Assembly (NCBI GenBank): GCA_002269645.1
Contig: NIVC01001471.1
Location: forward strand, 219,523-283,522
Source: Macrostomum lignano
Lineage: Eukaryota
Reading direction: 5' to 3'
Length of the DNA stretch: 64,000 nt
Position 1 is the first letter of the stretch, and each line of letters begins with the position of its first letter. Below are positions 60,953-64,000 of this stretch, piece by piece. The notes below the pieces were generated by a model. The model saw only the letters and a program-made list of their open reading frames with translations, searched no databases and was not told the DNA's origin. A program made the translations under genes and the position numbers.

Positions 60953-62267
60953 GCATGCATTGATTTATTATCCGGGCATAAATTCATATTTTAATGCGAA
61001 TTAGTTTCGTCTATACTCTCGTATTTTTCAATCAATTTAATCATGTCTACAATCTTCTACAACAGTACAACAAATCAATTTACTCGCGCGACCCTGGATA
61101 TCCAGGTCCCTTCCCCAATGACTCATCGGATGACTCATCCCTTACGCCAAACCCACTCCTTTTCATCCACCACAATCTGCGTGCTATTGTTCGAAGTCAC
61201 TAAAGCAATTATCTGTCGAAATCACTGATTCCCGATCAGGTGACTTCCCATTTCGCTCACCCCTAAGTCGCACAACCCATTTCATTAGCCAATCACAGCA
61301 CAGCTAGGAAGGTGACGTCAATCTGCTGCTAGTTAATGCAGGTCAAGGATAGTTCAAAGGCGTTCTGTTCTGATCATGCATCACGCACGTGATGCGCGAT
61401 CCCGAATCTATATACGAGCTGCTTTCCCCAATTTTTTCACAAATTGGCTCAGCACCTGGTTCGTCTTAAATACCCGATCAGGCAAAGCATCCCCCAAAGC
61501 TACCTCTCTTCCCCTGTAATTAATTTTTTAAATCGACTTTATATTGATTTAAGGATCACCACTAATCTTTCCATCATCTGGTTTGCTTACTCCTTTCACG
61601 GATCCCACGTCACAACAAAGAAAAAGTCTCACGTCCCAATTTTCAACAATTCGAGCGCTAGCAGCATCGCCAGAGTATTGAACTGTCCGGATCGATCGCA
61701 TCCACCGGTGCCGAGCGATTCATCTACCTGCCGTGCTGACTTAAGGTATTTCATTGTTATACATTACTGCAGTGCTTATACAGCAATCCGACGTCGGCAA
61801 CGTGGGCCGACGTTTCCGACGTTTATCGACCGAAACCTCCAGCTTATCACAGGCAAATTGATACTCGCGGTCGTCCTTGTGGGTACTTTTACATTACACC
61901 GATGGTTGGCCGACGTATCCATCGGATTAATGTAAAAATGCTTATCTGCTAGCGACGTCCGATTACGTCTGGTATGTTGGCGGATTTCGCAATGTTGCAC
62001 GGGTTGTGAGTGTTTTTATTCATTCAAGGTTGTCCAATGCTCGAATGCATCGTCAATAAATATTAAATAAACAGTTGTTTTTTAATCAAACCATAGACCC
62101 ATTTCTCAAATTGCTTTTAACTCAAATCTTAATGATTTCCAGCTATATTCTGAGCGAGTAAGTGTGTTTGTTTCCACAACTGTGGAGGAAAATTAGAGGT
62201 TCAGATAATGTAATAAAAATACATCAAATATCAATCTGTATGCCAAATTAACGTACATAGCCAGTCC

Positions 62268-62588
62268 CAAGGATGACTTAAGTAGAAGGACGGGAAACCT
62301 TGTTACTTAGAAAATTTTTGGCAAGTTTTCCCGAAAAAATACACTACGGAGATAGGAAGTTTTCATTTTTTCAGCACAAAAATTGCTATTGCTTTTGATA
62401 GGAGGCAGATCCAGTGTTCATCTTTTGATTTGTTGTGCTGTAAACCGAGCAAAACAAATATGAATATCGATAGAGCAATAAGAAGAAAGGCACAACATAT
62501 CAAAAGATGAACACTGAATCTGCCTCCTATCAAAAGCAATAGCAATTTTTGTGCTGAAAAAATGAAAACTTCCTATCGCCGTAGTGTA
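62268..62588. mobile_element. Truncated copy of the CAAGG foldback MITE
   Basis: caaggatgacttaagtagaaggacgggaaacc... with an internal inverted arm, matching 15808-16000 and 24880-25020. Confidence 0.8.
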
Positions 62589-64000
62589 TGCATTTGACTA
62601 CTGTACTACCTACTGCTATTCAATTAACAATTAAATCCTCCATCGACTAGCTTCTATTGAGACGAAATTACCGGTGCTGAACGACCGATAGTGAAAAAAA
62701 CAAAAGCTCCAAAAGATATCACTGGAAGTTTTATTACTTGTTCTTGCTTTTGATATCTCTATTTAATTTTTCTGAAAAAAACATTGAGAGGCATTTTTTA
62801 AAGCTGCGATAGACAAAAAAGAAACATTTTTATGATTCCGCGCTTTAGATATTCATTGAAAACAAACGCCTCAGGTATTAGTTGCACTTAGATATGACTT
62901 TTAAAGAGGTATCAGCGATGTTGTTGTGATGTAGACTTGCTGTACCCTTCCACTTCGTTTTCCGTATGCAAAATTTATCGAATGTTTCATACATTCTGGA
63001 TGGAGAGCTGCTTGGTAGATTAAAAAAAATTGTGAAAGCAGTTGTTTTTAACAGCCCTAAAAAGTTATCTGATTCCAGATGTGCACAAAAGATATTTTTC
63101 AATTATAACATAACGTTACTTTTTAGGCACTAATCTGCGCATAAAGTTATTTTAAGTTTTATACTTTATAGAGCCTTTTAGATGAATAATCAGTTTTTTT
63201 GTCATGCACATATTTTGTATTGTTTGTATAGAGAAGTATTAACAATGTTTTAGGCTTTGATGAAAAAATAATGACAATCAAATATTTCTCTTTTGTTTGT
63301 TGATCATGTGCTATTATTTATTTCTAAGGTGTACCTTAGATTTTTGTCTGGAATCCTAATACTAATTTTTTAATAAAGGAACTAACAAGTTTTAAATTTA
63401 AAGTATATTCAAATTCATGCATTTGTTCTATTCCTAACGAGAATTTGTTCTTGTTGTTTCAGTTTATTTTTATAATGTGTGTAATAATTCTTAGATTTAT
63501 ACTGCAATAAATCAGCAATGCATAGAATTATTATTTTGTATTTAGAATTTTTTGTTAATTGCATGTTGGTCTACAGAAACTAATAGAAATTAAATATATT
63601 TCATTAGGCCTTAGGCCCTAGGATTATAGCACTCTTGTGTACAATGACAATGTTTAGTTAAGAATACTTTGAAAGTAGTTCTTTTATCAACCTTGAAATG
63701 CAAGTTTAAAGTCTATACTACTATGTCTATAAAACTGTCAGAACATATCTTTCTCAATTATGGCTATATGTCTCTATTTTGTCAGATCTCACTTATGTGT
63801 CTTTTGGGATATTTTAGCGAAAATTCAATGATTTCAATAATAGGGCTAGTTGTGGGATAGTTTTCATCTTCATTTTATTTCACCCCTCATCGAATCTACA
63901 TTTTCAGGTTAAACTTTATTTAGCTTAGTATAGTAAGCACTATCTAAAAGGACAATCTATATCTATAAAACACTCTTCGAATTCGCTTGTCTCGCCCTCG

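Overview
Eukaryotic (animal) genomic DNA with spliceosomal introns, GC-rich exons in AT-rich, repeat-dense spacers and TTAGGG tracts. The style resembles a flatworm such as Macrostomum, but that is inference only. The first ~42 kb hold a dispersed tandem cluster of a two-exon secreted C-type lectin + PAN/Apple-like gene: 2 complete intact copies, 1 copy whose exon 1 lies outside the window, and 2 pseudogenes. Exon 1 and the PAN-like part are nearly identical between copies, while the ~150 bp encoding the lectin ligand-binding loops is hypervariable. The cluster is interleaved with many mobile elements: a Russian-doll nest (TA-TSD element > 8-bp-TSD foldback MITE > two head-to-tail non-autonomous Helitrons carrying satellites), a Penelope-like element with inverted pLTRs and hammerhead ribozymes, a TIR element carrying BEL/Pao gag-protease, a split DIRS/Ngaro-type element, and Crypton, Tc1/IS630, hAT and Gypsy relics. 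From 43.5 kb the window is gene-dense: a single-pass membrane protein with a 12-aa repeat, a 732-aa orphan, a DEG/ENaC channel (two frameshifts), two tandem B-box/coiled-coil/NHL genes and an intronless GT32-type glycosyltransferase. All family assignments come from motif recognition by eye; no database search was run.
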